From: Thermoleophilaceae bacterium
GTDB taxonomy: Bacteria; Actinomycetota; Thermoleophilia; Solirubrobacterales; Thermoleophilaceae
Reading direction: 5' to 3'
Assembly: GCA_035650215.1 (NCBI GenBank)
Contig: DASRIC010000002.1
Coordinates: 18,515 to 82,514, forward strand
DNA length: 64,000 bases
Shown: in pieces, positions 1 to 9,878 of the stretch
Position numbering within the stretch: position 1 is the first letter of the stretch
Layout of the letters: every line of letters starts with the position of its first letter
Translations under genes and position numbers: made by a program
The notes under the pieces: generated by a model
Database searches by the model: none
What the model was told of the DNA's origin: nothing
What the model saw: the letters and a program-made list of their open reading frames with translations, nothing else

Positions 1-1440
1 CTTCTGCGTCTGCTGCTTCGCCTCCGCCTGCGCCTGCTGCTGCGTCGCGCCCTCGAGGAGCGCCTGCTGCTCGATCTGCTGCTGCTGTTCCTGCAGCTTC
101 TTCTCGTTCTGGCTGATCGTGTTCAGGTTCTTCTGGTCCGGCTTCGCGGGCTTGCTGAGCTTCACCGAGATGAGGAACGGCCCGTTCGTGCCCGGGCCGA
201 AGCCCTTGTCGATGAGGTCATAGGCTTGGCGTGCAGTGGTGTCGGTGGGCTCCGCCCCCACGTCCTCCTGCCCCAGGCGCAGCGACAGCGTGGGGATCGA
301 AAGAGCCAGCAGTACGACCAGCACCGCGATCATCACCGGCCAGCGGTGATTCGTGATCCCCGTGCCGAACCTGGTCCAGAAAGCGGATTGCTTCGCCGGG
401 TGGCGGCCCTGACCGAAGGGAAGCCTGAGAGCCGAGACGTGCGATCCGGCTAGGCCGAACAGCGCCGGCAGCAGGGTGAGCGCGGCGAGAATGGCGAAGC
501 CCACCGCGATCGCCGAGGTGTAGCCGAGCGTGGTGACGAGCGGGATATCGGCGACGATGAGCGCGAGCAGGGAGATCGCCACGGTCCCGCCGGCGAACAG
601 GACCGCGCCACCCGCGGTCGCGAGCGCGCGCGCAATCGACTCATGCACCTCCATCCCCTCGAGGACCTGCGTTCGGTGTTTGGTGACGATGAACAGCGAG
701 TAGTCGATCCCGACCGCCAGTCCGATCATGGTCGCCAGCGTCGGCGCCGTGGTCGGGATCGAGGCCACGTGGCTGAGCAGGGTCACGACGCTCAGGCCGC
801 ACAGAAGGCCGAGCACGGCAGTCACGATCGGGAGACCCATCGCCACCGCCGAACCGAAGACGAGCAGGAGGATCACCATCGCGGCGAAGATCCCGATCTT
901 GTCGCTGGCCCCCGTGTCCGGCTTCGACAGCTCCTGGCCGACGTAGCCGCCTACGGCGGTTTGGAGCCCAGCCTTCTTCGCCGGGTTCGCGGCGTCGAGC
1001 ACGTTCTGGGCCTCGTCGTCGGTGATCGAGCCCTGGCCGACGTTGAGCGTCACCGAGATGTAGCCGATCTGCTTGTTCTTGCTGAGCGCGCCCGACCCGG
1101 CGTCGCTCAGAGGGCTGATAGCACCCGTGACGTGCCCCAGCTTCTTCAGTTCCTTCACCGACGAATCGATGGCCTTCGAGTACTTCGAGTCGGTCAGCTT
1201 GCCGCTGTCGGTCGCGATGACAAGCGGATTCGATCCATAGGCCTGGGTGGGGAAGCGACCACTCAGAAGGTCGGTGGCGCTCTGGCTCCCGGTGCCGGGC
1301 AGGGTGACGTTGTTGTTCGTCTCTGAGCCGGCCTTGTTGGCACCGATCACGAGAGCCACGATCAGCACGAGCCACAGCCCGAGCACCACGAAGTGCCAAC
1401 GCGCGCACACGCGGCCGAGTCCATAGAGCAGCCTTGTCAC
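1..1440 (-). CDS. MMPL/RND-superfamily membrane transporter (N-terminal part; gene runs off the left edge)
   Basis: Open minus-strand frame from GTG at 1440 (AGGAGG 5 nt upstream) to the window edge. Translation starts VTRLLYGLGRVCARWHFVVLGLWLVLIV, followed by an extracytoplasmic loop. A TM bundle then reads ...LAVGIDYSLFIVTKHRTQVLEGMEVHESIARALATAGGAVLFAGGTV..., typical of MmpL-type transporters. Confidence 0.8.
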   Translation of the reverse strand, partial: MTRLLYGLGRVCARWHFVVLGLWLVLIVALVIGANKAGSETNNNVTLPGTGSQSATDLLSGRFPTQAYGSNPLVIATDSGKLTDSKYSKAIDSSVKELKKLGHVTGAISPLSDAGSGALSKNKQIGYISVTLNVGQGSITDDEAQNVLDAANPAKKAGLQTAVGGYVGQELSKPDTGASDKIGIFAAMVILLLVFGSAVAMGLPIVTAVLGLLCGLSVVTLLSHVASIPTTAPTLATMIGLAVGIDYSLFIVTKHRTQVLEGMEVHESIARALATAGGAVLFAGGTVAISLLALIVADIPLVTTLGYTSAIAVGFAILAALTLLPALFGLAGSHVSALRLPFGQGRHPAKQSAFWTRFGTGITNHRWPVMIAVLVVLLALSIPTLSLRLGQEDVGAEPTDTTARQAYDLIDKGFGPGTNGPFLISVKLSKPAKPDQKNLNTISQNEKKLQEQQQQIEQQALLEGATQQQAQAEAKQQTQK

Positions 1441-1542
1441 CAGAGCCTCCTAACGCCGATGCGACGAGGAGCGAATCCTGGAAGAACCGTATGCCGAGTG
1501 GCGGACGCCCGCAAGCCTCGGCTCGAGAATTTCTGCGAAGCG

Positions 1543-1980
1543 TCAGCTCGCGCTACGACAGGCGGGGCACTCGCCCCGGAGCGTCACGTCGTGCGCGGCC
1601 ACCGCGTAGTCGACGCGGCCGGACAGGCGCTCGATCGCCCGCTCGAGCTCGCTGTCCTCGAATGCGGAGACCTCGCCGCAGCTCACGCAGACGAGGTGAT
1701 GGTGATGATCGCCGCTCGGGTCGATCGGTTCGTAGCGGGCCACGCCCTCGGCGGCGTCGACCCGGCGGGCGAGGTCGAGCCGGTCGAGCAGCTCGAGCGT
1801 GCGGTAGATGCTCGCCACGCCCACGTCCTCGCCGCGCTCGTGCAGGTGGTCGGCAATCTCCTTGGCGGTCACGCTGCAGCGCAGATCGGCCAGGGTGGCT
1901 ACCACGGCGGCGCGCGGGGCGCTCAGCCGGTGGCCGCCGCGCTCGAGGGTGGCCTGGGCGTGTCCGATCCAGTCGCTCAT
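1543..1980 (-). CDS. Fur-family metalloregulator (Fur/Zur/PerR/Nur-like)
   Basis: Winged-helix region ...VTAKEIADHLHERGEDVGVASIYRTLELL.... HHHH-LVCVSCG and C-terminal CPAC form two CxxC pairs for a structural Zn site. ATG at 1980 is preferred over the TTG at 1992. Confidence 0.85.
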   Translation of the reverse strand: MSDWIGHAQATLERGGHRLSAPRAAVVATLADLRCSVTAKEIADHLHERGEDVGVASIYRTLELLDRLDLARRVDAAEGVARYEPIDPSGDHHHHLVCVSCGEVSAFEDSELERAIERLSGRVDYAVAAHDVTLRGECPACRSAS

Positions 1981-2059
1981 CGGTCGCCTCAAGCATAGGC
2001 GCGAGGCGACGGCGGGCCGGCCGGGCGCCGCGGCGCCCGGTCCGGCGGTGCGGCGGGCT

Positions 2060-2668
<609 letters not shown>

Positions 2669-2747
2669 GTCTCTCCCTTTCCCGGTTTCTCCAGGGCTAC
2701 GACTCTATGCGGTAGGAACCGCGAGAACGCTACGATTTCGGCCCCAC

Positions 2748-2830
2748 GCGGATGTGGCGGAACGGTAGACGCGCCGTCCTCAGGAGGCGGTGGGCTTTTG
2801 CCCGTGGAGGTTCGACTCCTCTCATCCGCA
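2748..2830 (+). tRNA. tRNA-Leu (anticodon CAG), long variable arm
   Basis: Hand-folded cloverleaf. Acceptor stem is GCGGATG/CATCCGC with discriminator A. D stem is 3 bp. Anticodon stem CCGTC/GGCGG carries loop CTCAGGA. The variable arm is the stem-loop TGGGCTTTTGCCCG. T arm is GGAGG-TTCGACT-CCTCT. No encoded CCA. Confidence 0.85.
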
Positions 2831-2834
2831 TCAC

Positions 2835-2881
2835 GGGCTCCTGCAGTTCCTGCCCTCCTACGTGAGTTTCTGCAGGAGCCC
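2835..2881. terminator. Hairpin between convergent tRNA-Leu and the hydroxylase gene (possible bidirectional terminator)
   Basis: Perfect 12-bp inverted repeat GGGCTCCTGCAG (2835-2846) / CTGCAGGAGCCC (2870-2881). The loop is long (23 nt) and there is no clear U-tract. Confidence 0.4.
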
Positions 2882-2889
2882 GCCCGGGG

Positions 2890-3522
2890 TCAGGTGCCGG
2901 CGCGGCTGCGGCGCTTCTGCGGCGTGCCGAACACGTAGTCCCAGAACGGGGCGCTCACGCCGAAGCCCCTCGTGTCGTCCTGGAAGTGGTGGCGCATGTG
3001 CAGCTCGCGCATCAGCTTGCCGAGCCGGGTGCGTGGCCGGTGGTGATGCACGTGGTAGTGCGTCATGTCGTAGATCAGGTAGCCGGCGAGGAAGCCCGCC
3101 GCGAACACGTTGGCCCACGGCGTGCCGAGCACGAGCACGAACAGCCCGTAGAAGGCCAGCGCGAGCGGCACGCTCACCGACGGCGGCATGACCAGCCGCA
3201 GCGGGTCGTTCGGGTGGTCGTGGTGGACGCCGTGGATGATCCAGTGGACGCGCGCGCCGATGCCCTCCTCGGGCTCGAAGTGGAACACGAGGCGGTGCAT
3301 CCAGTACTCGGTGAGCGTCCAGAACATGTAGCCCGCCAGCACGAGCCCCACGACCTGGACGGTGGTGGGCTCGCCACGAGCGCCGGTGGTGAAGAGGACG
3401 ACGATCGCCGGCACGAAGATCAGCACCGGGACCATCGGGTGAACGCGAGACAACCTGTCGAGCACATCCGACTCGAACATCCGTGGAGAGGCCTTCAGAG
3501 CGTCTGTACGACGTGCGTCCAC
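2890..3522 (-). CDS. Fatty-acid hydroxylase / sterol desaturase-family membrane di-iron enzyme
   Basis: Histidine boxes HRLVFH, HGVHHDHP, HYHVHHH and HMRHH sit in a multi-TM protein. Confidence 0.8.
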   Translation of the reverse strand: MDARRTDALKASPRMFESDVLDRLSRVHPMVPVLIFVPAIVVLFTTGARGEPTTVQVVGLVLAGYMFWTLTEYWMHRLVFHFEPEEGIGARVHWIIHGVHHDHPNDPLRLVMPPSVSVPLALAFYGLFVLVLGTPWANVFAAGFLAGYLIYDMTHYHVHHHRPRTRLGKLMRELHMRHHFQDDTRGFGVSAPFWDYVFGTPQKRRSRAGT

Positions 3523-3575
3523 GCTGTCGAATGTACCGCACCACCCGGGCGGGCGGAAGGTCGACTTCGGGTTCC

Positions 3576-3746
3576 CTAACTCGTGGCCCAGCGCTCGTGC
3601 CAGGACGCGATCACGAACTCGAGGCCGAGGGCGGCCGTCGCGCCGTAGACGAGCGCCTCGACGGCCGCCGGCTCGCCCCCGAAGAGGCGGCCGAGCAGGT
3701 AGCAGGTGACGGCGGCCATAAAGGTGAACTTCGCGGCGAAGTCCAT
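3576..3746 (-). CDS. Possible small hydrophobic protein (56 aa)
   Basis: ATG at 3746 to TAG; translation MDFAAKFTFMAAVTCYLLGRLFGGEPAAVEALVYGATAALGLEFVIASWHERWATS. It fills an otherwise empty gap. There is no homology argument. Confidence 0.3.
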   Translation of the reverse strand: MDFAAKFTFMAAVTCYLLGRLFGGEPAAVEALVYGATAALGLEFVIASWHERWATS

Positions 3747-3871
3747 GGGATGAGTGTCGGCGGCCAGCGCGCGGGACCTGTGGACGAGTCGTGAACGGTT
3801 GGTGAACGTCCGGTTACCGCGCCGCGCGGTTGTAGTCCGCCCGCCCGCGCTCTTAGGGTCGGTCGTGTCCC

Positions 3872-5467
3872 ATGACCGACGAAGCGACTATTGCCGCTCC
3901 GGAAGAGGCCGGCAACCTGCGCCTGTCGCTGCTCCTCGGAGCGGCGATGTTCGTGCTCGTGGTCGACACGTCGCTGATGAACGTCTCGATCTCGGCGGTG
4001 GTGAGGGATCTCGACACGACCGTGAGCGCCGTCCAGAGCGCGATCGCGCTCGAGGCCCTGGTCTCCGCCGCCTTCATCCTGATCAGCAGCAAGGTCGGCG
4101 ACCTGTTCGGGCGCAAGCGTGCATACGTCCTCGGTCTGCTGGCGTACGCGCTCGGCGCGCTTGCGATGACCGTCGCCCAGAGCATCGCGGCGATCGTGGT
4201 CTTCTGGGCGATCGTGGGCGGGCTCGGCGCCTCGCTGCTGCTGCCGGCGATGCAGTCGCTCATCCATGGCAACTTCGCCGGGGCGGCGCAGAAGAAGACC
4301 TATGCGCTGATCGGCGCGTCGGCGGCGATCGCCGCCGCGGTGGGCCCGCTCCTGGGAGGGCTCGTGACCACCTACCTGTCCTGGCGCGTGGGCTTCCTCC
4401 TCGAGGCCGCGGTCATCGCGGTGGTGCTTGCGCAGATCGGGCTCCTGCGCGACGTCCCTTACACGGGCGACCGGCAGGTCGACACGGGCGGCGCGGCGCT
4501 GTCCGTCCTCGGCATGGGCGGCGTGGTGCTCGGCATCCTGGTGTGGCAGGAGGGCGGGGACTATGTGGTGCTGCTGATGGCCGCCGGCGCCCTCGCGCTC
4601 TGGATGCTCGCCCGCCGGCTCGTGCGGCGCCGCCGTGAGGCGAAGGTCACGCTGCTCGATCCCGATCTGTTCCGGCTTCCGCACTTCCGGCTGGGCGTCT
4701 CGGCGCAGATGCTCCAAAACATCACGCTCGGCGGGGCCATGATCGCGCTTCCGATCTTCCTGCAGATCAGGCTCGAGTACGACGCCATGGAGACGGGTCT
4801 GTCGCTGGCCCCGCTCTCGCTGACCATGTTCGCCGTCGCGATCCTGGCCGGACGGCGGTCCGGCGGCCGCCGCCCCGCGAGGATCGTGCAGATCGGGTTC
4901 GCGCTCAGCACGGTGGGCATGGCGCTGCTCGTCCCGATCGTGCCCGAGGCAGAGTCCGGCTGGTACCTCCTCGTCCCGCTGGCCATCGCCGGCGCGGGGC
5001 TCGGCCTGCTGGTGTCGATGCTCAACAACTACACGCTCGCGCCGATCGACGAGGAACGCATCAGCGAGGCGGCCGGCGTCAATTCCGCGTCGGGGTCGTT
5101 CGGGCTCTCGTTCGGCCTGGCGGTGGCCGGCGGCGTGCTGCTCGCCACACTCGCCCTGGCGTTCACGAACATGGCGAACGCCAGCCCTGTGATCCCCTCC
5201 TCGCAGCAGGAGCAGATCGCCCAGACGCTGGAGGACGACGCGCAGGTGATGAGCAACACGGACCTCGAGGAGCTGCTCGCCGAGGAGCCTCCCGCCGTCC
5301 AGGAGGACATCCTCAGCATCAACACCGACGCCACGAACCTCGCCCTCCAGGTGGCGCTGCTCATCCCGATCCTCGCGGGCGCTCTGGGGCTGTTCGCCTC
5401 GTCGCGCATGATGCGCCTGCCGGATGTGGAGCCGTCGGCGTCCGTCGAGGCGGCGGCGCTCGGCTGA
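3872..5467 (+). CDS. MFS transporter, DHA2 (14-TMS EmrB/QacA-like) drug:H+ antiporter
   Basis: ...LDTTVSAVQSAIALEALVSAAFILISSKVGDLFGRKRAY... (motif A-like GDLFGRKR), with about 14 hydrophobic segments. Confidence 0.9.
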   Translation: MTDEATIAAPEEAGNLRLSLLLGAAMFVLVVDTSLMNVSISAVVRDLDTTVSAVQSAIALEALVSAAFILISSKVGDLFGRKRAYVLGLLAYALGALAMTVAQSIAAIVVFWAIVGGLGASLLLPAMQSLIHGNFAGAAQKKTYALIGASAAIAAAVGPLLGGLVTTYLSWRVGFLLEAAVIAVVLAQIGLLRDVPYTGDRQVDTGGAALSVLGMGGVVLGILVWQEGGDYVVLLMAAGALALWMLARRLVRRRREAKVTLLDPDLFRLPHFRLGVSAQMLQNITLGGAMIALPIFLQIRLEYDAMETGLSLAPLSLTMFAVAILAGRRSGGRRPARIVQIGFALSTVGMALLVPIVPEAESGWYLLVPLAIAGAGLGLLVSMLNNYTLAPIDEERISEAAGVNSASGSFGLSFGLAVAGGVLLATLALAFTNMANASPVIPSSQQEQIAQTLEDDAQVMSNTDLEELLAEEPPAVQEDILSINTDATNLALQVALLIPILAGALGLFASSRMMRLPDVEPSASVEAAALG

Positions 5468-5563
5468 CCTCCGAGAACAGCTCTTTCGCCATCGCGTTGA
5501 ACCTCCGCGCGCTCGTGCGCGTAACACCGAGCGCGAATCCCCTCGAGTGGAGGAGGTAGGGCC

Positions 5564-6112
5564 GTGAGAAAAACGATCGCGCTGGTGGTCGCGGCGACAG
5601 TGGTACTGGGGGTGGGGGCCGTAGCGGTCGCGGGTAGCGGCGGTGGGCTCAAGGAGAGGCTCACCGGATTTGAGGAGGTGCCGGCGATCTCGACGCCGGG
5701 CAACGGCGAGTTCCGCGCGCGGATCAACGAGGCCGACCAGGAGATCCGCTACGAGCTGACGTTCGGCGGGATGGCCACGGACGTCAGGCAAGCGCATATC
5801 CACTTCGAGAACCGCACGAATAACGGCGCGATCGTCACCTGGCTGTGCGACTCGGCCACGAACCCGTCGCCGCGTCCCTCGACGCCTGAGTGCCCCGCGG
5901 CCGGCGGCACGGTGACCGGTGTGATCCTGCCTGATGACGTGGGCACGGCCTCGGCCGCCCAGGGAATCGGCCCCGGCGAGTTCGATGAGTTCGTGCGGGC
6001 CATCCGCGCGGGCGCGACCTACGCGAACGTCCACACGGTCGAACGACCCGGCGGCGAGATCCGTGCGCAGCTCGAGAACTCCTCGCACGGAGACGACAAC
6101 ATGGGCGACTGA
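5564..6112 (+). CDS. Secreted CHRD-domain protein
   Basis: GTG start with GGAGGAGG upstream and a signal peptide MRKTIALVVAATVVLGVGAVAVAG. CHRD-like blocks are ...QAHIHFEN... and ...YANVHTVERPGGEIRAQL. Confidence 0.75.
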   Translation: MRKTIALVVAATVVLGVGAVAVAGSGGGLKERLTGFEEVPAISTPGNGEFRARINEADQEIRYELTFGGMATDVRQAHIHFENRTNNGAIVTWLCDSATNPSPRPSTPECPAAGGTVTGVILPDDVGTASAAQGIGPGEFDEFVRAIRAGATYANVHTVERPGGEIRAQLENSSHGDDNMGD

Positions 6113-6126
6113 CCCGCGGCGTGGTC

Positions 6127-6150
6127 GGCGGGGGCAGCGATGCCCCCGCC
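6127..6150. terminator. GC-rich hairpin between convergent CHRD and glpQ genes
   Basis: GGCGGGGGC-agcgat-GCCCCCGCC, a perfect 9-bp stem with a 6-nt loop. Confidence 0.5.
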
Positions 6151-6181
6151 AACCGCGGTCATCGAGCGGCGGCCGCCGTGC

Positions 6182-7324
6182 TCAGAGACCGGCGCGCGCC
6201 TCCACGGCGGTGTCGGGCTGGTCCGAGAAGACGCCGTCCACGCCGAGCCGGAAGAACTGCTCATACTCGCTGATCGCGTCGCCCCAGTCGGCCGGGTTCG
6301 CGCTGCTGCGAAGCTCGGCCGGGAGGAACGTGTTCTCGTTGCGGAACGTGTACGGGTGCACCTGCAATCCCGCGGCGTGGGCGTCGTCCACGAAGCTCGT
6401 GGGCGCGAGCGAGGCGCCGGTCGCCGGGTCCCGCGGCACGATGTAGTCCTTCGACGGGCCCACGCCGTCGGCGTAGGTCGCGATCTCGGCCAGCCCGGCG
6501 GGCGTTGCCATGTCCCCGTAGGTGGTGGCGCCGCCGGCGGCGGCCACGTCCCACGGCTTCGTGGAGGGCGCGCCGAGGAGCTGCACGAGCGGGACGCGCA
6601 GCTGAGAGTTCAGCGCCTTCAGGTTGCTGACCTCGAACGACTGCACGAACACCTTCGCGTTCCGGCGGTCGAGGTCGTTGTTGCGAAGCGTGCGGACGAG
6701 CGGCTCCTCGAGCGGTAGCCCGAGCGACCGGAAGTAGGTCGGATGCTTCGTCTCGGGATAGATCCCGATCGGCCTGCGGAGCTCGCGCGAGAGTCGCTTG
6801 GAGAGGTCGATCACCTCTTGGAATGTCGGAACCGGGAAGCGACCGTCGTAGATCGTGTTCTCCTGACGGATGGCCGGGATGCGCTCCTTGGCCCTGAGGG
6901 TCTTGAGCTCGGCCAGCGTGAAGTCCTCGGTGAACCAGCCGGTGATCGCCACGCCGTCGATCGTCTTGGTCGTCCGCCGCGAGGCGAACTCGGTGTGCTC
7001 GGCCACGTCGGTGGTGCCGCCGATCTCGTTCTCGTGGCGCGCCACGAGCACGCCGTCGGCGGTCGACACGAGGTCGGGCTCGATGTAATCGGCGCCCATG
7101 CGCGCCGCGAGCTCGTACGAGGCGAGCGTGTGCTCAGGCCGGTAGCCCGACGCACCACGGTGCCCGATCACGAGCGGCCGGGCGTCCGCTTTTTGGTCGG
7201 CGGCCCTCGACGACCCGCTGCTGGCGGTGGCGAGCGAGGAGCCGGCCACCGTCGCGGCGATCAGGAACGCGAGCGCGGCCAGGATGGACAGGGTGCGTGG
7301 TGTTGTTCCGGTCTTGGAGGACAC
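6182..7324 (-). CDS. glpQ: Secreted glycerophosphodiester phosphodiesterase
   Basis: Signal peptide, then ...LVIGHRGASGYRPEHTLASYELAARMGADYIEPDLV...ARHENEIGGTTDV..., the GDPD family signature. Confidence 0.9.
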   Translation of the reverse strand: MSSKTGTTPRTLSILAALAFLIAATVAGSSLATASSGSSRAADQKADARPLVIGHRGASGYRPEHTLASYELAARMGADYIEPDLVSTADGVLVARHENEIGGTTDVAEHTEFASRRTTKTIDGVAITGWFTEDFTLAELKTLRAKERIPAIRQENTIYDGRFPVPTFQEVIDLSKRLSRELRRPIGIYPETKHPTYFRSLGLPLEEPLVRTLRNNDLDRRNAKVFVQSFEVSNLKALNSQLRVPLVQLLGAPSTKPWDVAAAGGATTYGDMATPAGLAEIATYADGVGPSKDYIVPRDPATGASLAPTSFVDDAHAAGLQVHPYTFRNENTFLPAELRSSANPADWGDAISEYEQFFRLGVDGVFSDQPDTAVEARAGL

Positions 7325-7354
7325 GGAGCAAACCTACCCATTTCGGCACTCTGT

Positions 7355-8407
7355 CTACCCGAACGGGTTGTCGGGGATCGCGGCGATCACGGTTGCGTGG
7401 GCCGGGTCAATATCTACCCCCACGGATTCGCCGACCCGGGGCGGCGTCTGGTCGAGCGGTAGGTGGGTGTGCAGTGTCTGCGGAGCGGTGAGTGTCAGCT
7501 GCCAGCGTCCGGGCCCTTGCGCGACGCGTTCGACCTTCGCGTGGAGGGCCCCGTCGCCCGGCGTCGTGATCCGGAGCGCGGCGGCCCAGGCGGCCAGGGC
7601 AGCCGGGCCCGGGTCGAGCGTGGTTGTGATCCCGCACCGGACGCCGCCCACGAGGACCTGCCTCTCCTGGTCAACGTCGACGGCGAGCACGTTGTCGTAT
7701 CCGAGCAGTCTGGCAGCGATCGCGTCGGCGGGCTGCCGCAGGACCAACGTGGGTTCCCCGAGCTGCCGTATGGCGCCGTGGGTGAGGACCGCGATCCGAT
7801 CCGCGAGCCGCAGCGCCTCGTCCGCACGGTGGGTTACCTGGACGAGGGTGGTCGCGCGGTCGGCCAGGACGGACTCGAGGTCGTCGAAGAAGGCCCGGTG
7901 AGCCTCGGCATCAAGGCCGGACGCGGGCTCGTCGAGGAGCAGCACCTCCGGCTCGACAGCGAGCGCGCGCGCGAGGCTCACTCGCTGCGCTTCGCCGCCC
8001 GAGAGCGAGAGCGCCTTCCGCTCGGCGAGATGGGCGACATTAAGGCGCTCGAGCGCGGCGAGGGCCGCCTGCCGACGGGCGCCGGCGGCCAGCCGGCGCC
8101 AGCGCAGCGGCAGCTCGACATTGCGGATCACCGTCGTCGAGAGGAGCCCTGGGCGCTGCGTCGCGTATCCGATGCGCCGCCGAACGTCCAGATTCGCGCC
8201 GGCCACGCGCACGCCGTCGAGCTCGACGCCGCCCGCGGTGGGAGCTTCGAGCCCGGCGAGCAGACGGAGCAGGGTCGTCTTGCCGGCCCCGTTAGGACCG
8301 AGCACCGCGAGGCGCTCACCAGCCTCCAGCTCGAGTGCGTCGATCGCGAGCACCTCAATTCCGCCGCGGCTATGGTGCACACCACTCAGCCTCAGGACTG
8401 AGCCCAT
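7355..8407 (-). CDS. tupC: ABC transporter ATP-binding protein (tungstate/molybdate-type, TupC-like) with a C-terminal TOBE-like domain
   Basis: Walker A GPNGAGKT, signature LSGGEAQR, Walker B LLLDEP. The start is taken at the internal ATG 8407 of the 532-aa track ORF, because its upstream part lies antisense or out of frame to tupB. Confidence 0.85.
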   Translation of the reverse strand: MGSVLRLSGVHHSRGGIEVLAIDALELEAGERLAVLGPNGAGKTTLLRLLAGLEAPTAGGVELDGVRVAGANLDVRRRIGYATQRPGLLSTTVIRNVELPLRWRRLAAGARRQAALAALERLNVAHLAERKALSLSGGEAQRVSLARALAVEPEVLLLDEPASGLDAEAHRAFFDDLESVLADRATTLVQVTHRADEALRLADRIAVLTHGAIRQLGEPTLVLRQPADAIAARLLGYDNVLAVDVDQERQVLVGGVRCGITTTLDPGPAALAAWAAALRITTPGDGALHAKVERVAQGPGRWQLTLTAPQTLHTHLPLDQTPPRVGESVGVDIDPAHATVIAAIPDNPFG

Positions 8408-9036
8408 GCGGCCGCCCGCTGCTGCACCGACGTGAGCAGCGCGTTGATCGTGACGGCGAGCCCGAGCAGGACCGCTGCGTACACAAGCGCCTCGTCGAAG
8501 TCCCCCTTGCCGACGTTCTCGACGATCGATGTGGTCATCACCTGTGTCTGGCCGTGGATGTTGCCGCCCACGATCGTGGCCGACCCCACCTCCGAGATCG
8601 CGTGCCCGAAGCCGGCCATCGCCGCGGCAAGCAGCGGCACGCGCGCCTCGATCCACAGCCGCCACACGAGCTGAGGCGTGTTCGCTCCGAGTGCACGCAG
8701 CTGGTCCGGCAGGTCCGCCGGCAGCGCCTGCAGGCCGGCCATCGTGATGCCGGCAATCAGCGGCGCCGCGATCAGGACCTGGGCGATGATCATGCCGCGC
8801 AAGGTGTAGATCAGCTCGAGCTCGCCGAGCGGCCCGCTCCGCCACAGCAGCAGCGCGACGACCAAGCCCACCACGACTGTCGGCACGGCCATGCCCGTGT
8901 TCACGGCGGTCGCGAGCACGCGCCGCCCGCGACGACGAGCGAGCGCGAGCCACGTGCCGGCCGGCACGCCGAGCACAAGCGCGATCGCGGTGGCGGTGAG
9001 AGATACGAACGCCGAGCGCCCGAGCACCTCGTGCAC
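8392..9036 (-). CDS. tupB: ABC transporter permease (TupB-like)
   Basis: GTG start. Five to six TM segments with the EAA-like loop ...LRALGANTPQLVWRLWIEARVP.... Confidence 0.85.
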   Translation of the reverse strand: MHEVLGRSAFVSLTATAIALVLGVPAGTWLALARRRGRRVLATAVNTGMAVPTVVVGLVVALLLWRSGPLGELELIYTLRGMIIAQVLIAAPLIAGITMAGLQALPADLPDQLRALGANTPQLVWRLWIEARVPLLAAAMAGFGHAISEVGSATIVGGNIHGQTQVMTTSIVENVGKGDFDEALVYAAVLLGLAVTINALLTSVQQRAAAWAQS

Positions 9037-9044
9037 AGCGTCCG

Positions 9045-9878
9045 TCAGCTCTCCGCGTCTGGGACGAAGAGGGGCTCGCCGTACTCCGCCACGCCGAACT
9101 GCCCGATCTCCTTCTGAATCTCCGGTGAGGTGACCCAGCCAGAGAACTCCTGCGCGCAGTCCCGGTTGATGTTCTCGCCCTTGACGACGATCACGTGGTA
9201 CGGGTTCAGCAGGTCGTCGCCGCCCTCGACCAGCAGCTCAAGGTCGAGGTTGTCGGTGGCGAGCCACGTGCCGCGGTCGGAGAGTGTGTAAGCCCGCTTC
9301 TGGCCCGCGATCGTAAGCGTCTCGCCCATCCCTTGGCCGGTCTCGACGTACCAAGAGCCCTTGGGCTCGATCCCCGCCGCCTCCCAGATCGCCAGCTCCT
9401 TCGTGTTCGTGCCTGACTCGTCAGCTCGCGACGCGAACGGCGCCTGGGCCCTGGCGATGCGAGTGAACGCGTCCGCGGCGGAGCCGGCGCCCTTGATCTT
9501 CGCCGCGTCATCGCCCGGGCCGACGACGACGAAGTCGTTGTGCATCACGGCCTTTCGGCTCACGCCGTGGTCGCCATCCATGAACTCCTCCTCGGCCTCC
9601 GGGGAGTGCACAAGCAGAACGTCCGCGTTCCCCTTCTCGGCGAGCTCCAGCGCCTCGCCCGAGCCGACCGCGACCGTCTTGACCGAGCAGCCCGACTGTT
9701 CCTCGAAGCGCGGCACGAGCTCATCGAGCAGCCCCGAGTCCTGCGTGCTCGTAGTAGTCGCCAGGATCATCTGCCCCTTGTTGTTCCCGGAGCCGGACTG
9801 ATCCGAGTCGTCGTCGCCGCAGCTCGCTCCCGTCAGAATCGCCAGCCCGATCAGCGCCGCGGCCACGGGGCGCCTCAT
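9045..9878 (-). CDS. tupA: Tungstate-type ABC substrate-binding lipoprotein (TupA-like)
   Basis: Lipobox LTGASC. TupA-type anion-binding motif ATTTSTQDSGLLDEL. PBP fold blocks ...ADVLLVHSPEAEE... and ...NPYHVIVV.... Confidence 0.85.
   Translation of the reverse strand: MRRPVAAALIGLAILTGASCGDDDSDQSGSGNNKGQMILATTTSTQDSGLLDELVPRFEEQSGCSVKTVAVGSGEALELAEKGNADVLLVHSPEAEEEFMDGDHGVSRKAVMHNDFVVVGPGDDAAKIKGAGSAADAFTRIARAQAPFASRADESGTNTKELAIWEAAGIEPKGSWYVETGQGMGETLTIAGQKRAYTLSDRGTWLATDNLDLELLVEGGDDLLNPYHVIVVKGENINRDCAQEFSGWVTSPEIQKEIGQFGVAEYGEPLFVPDAES

Noticed and set aside
3611-6088. 825-aa minus-strand ORF spanning the MFS and CHRD genes
   Set aside because: Its composition is dominated by Arg, Gly, Pro, Ala and His (for example ...RRRGTRRRVRGRVAQPGDDRAV...). 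It lies antisense to two well-supported genes. This is the typical high-GC shadow ORF.
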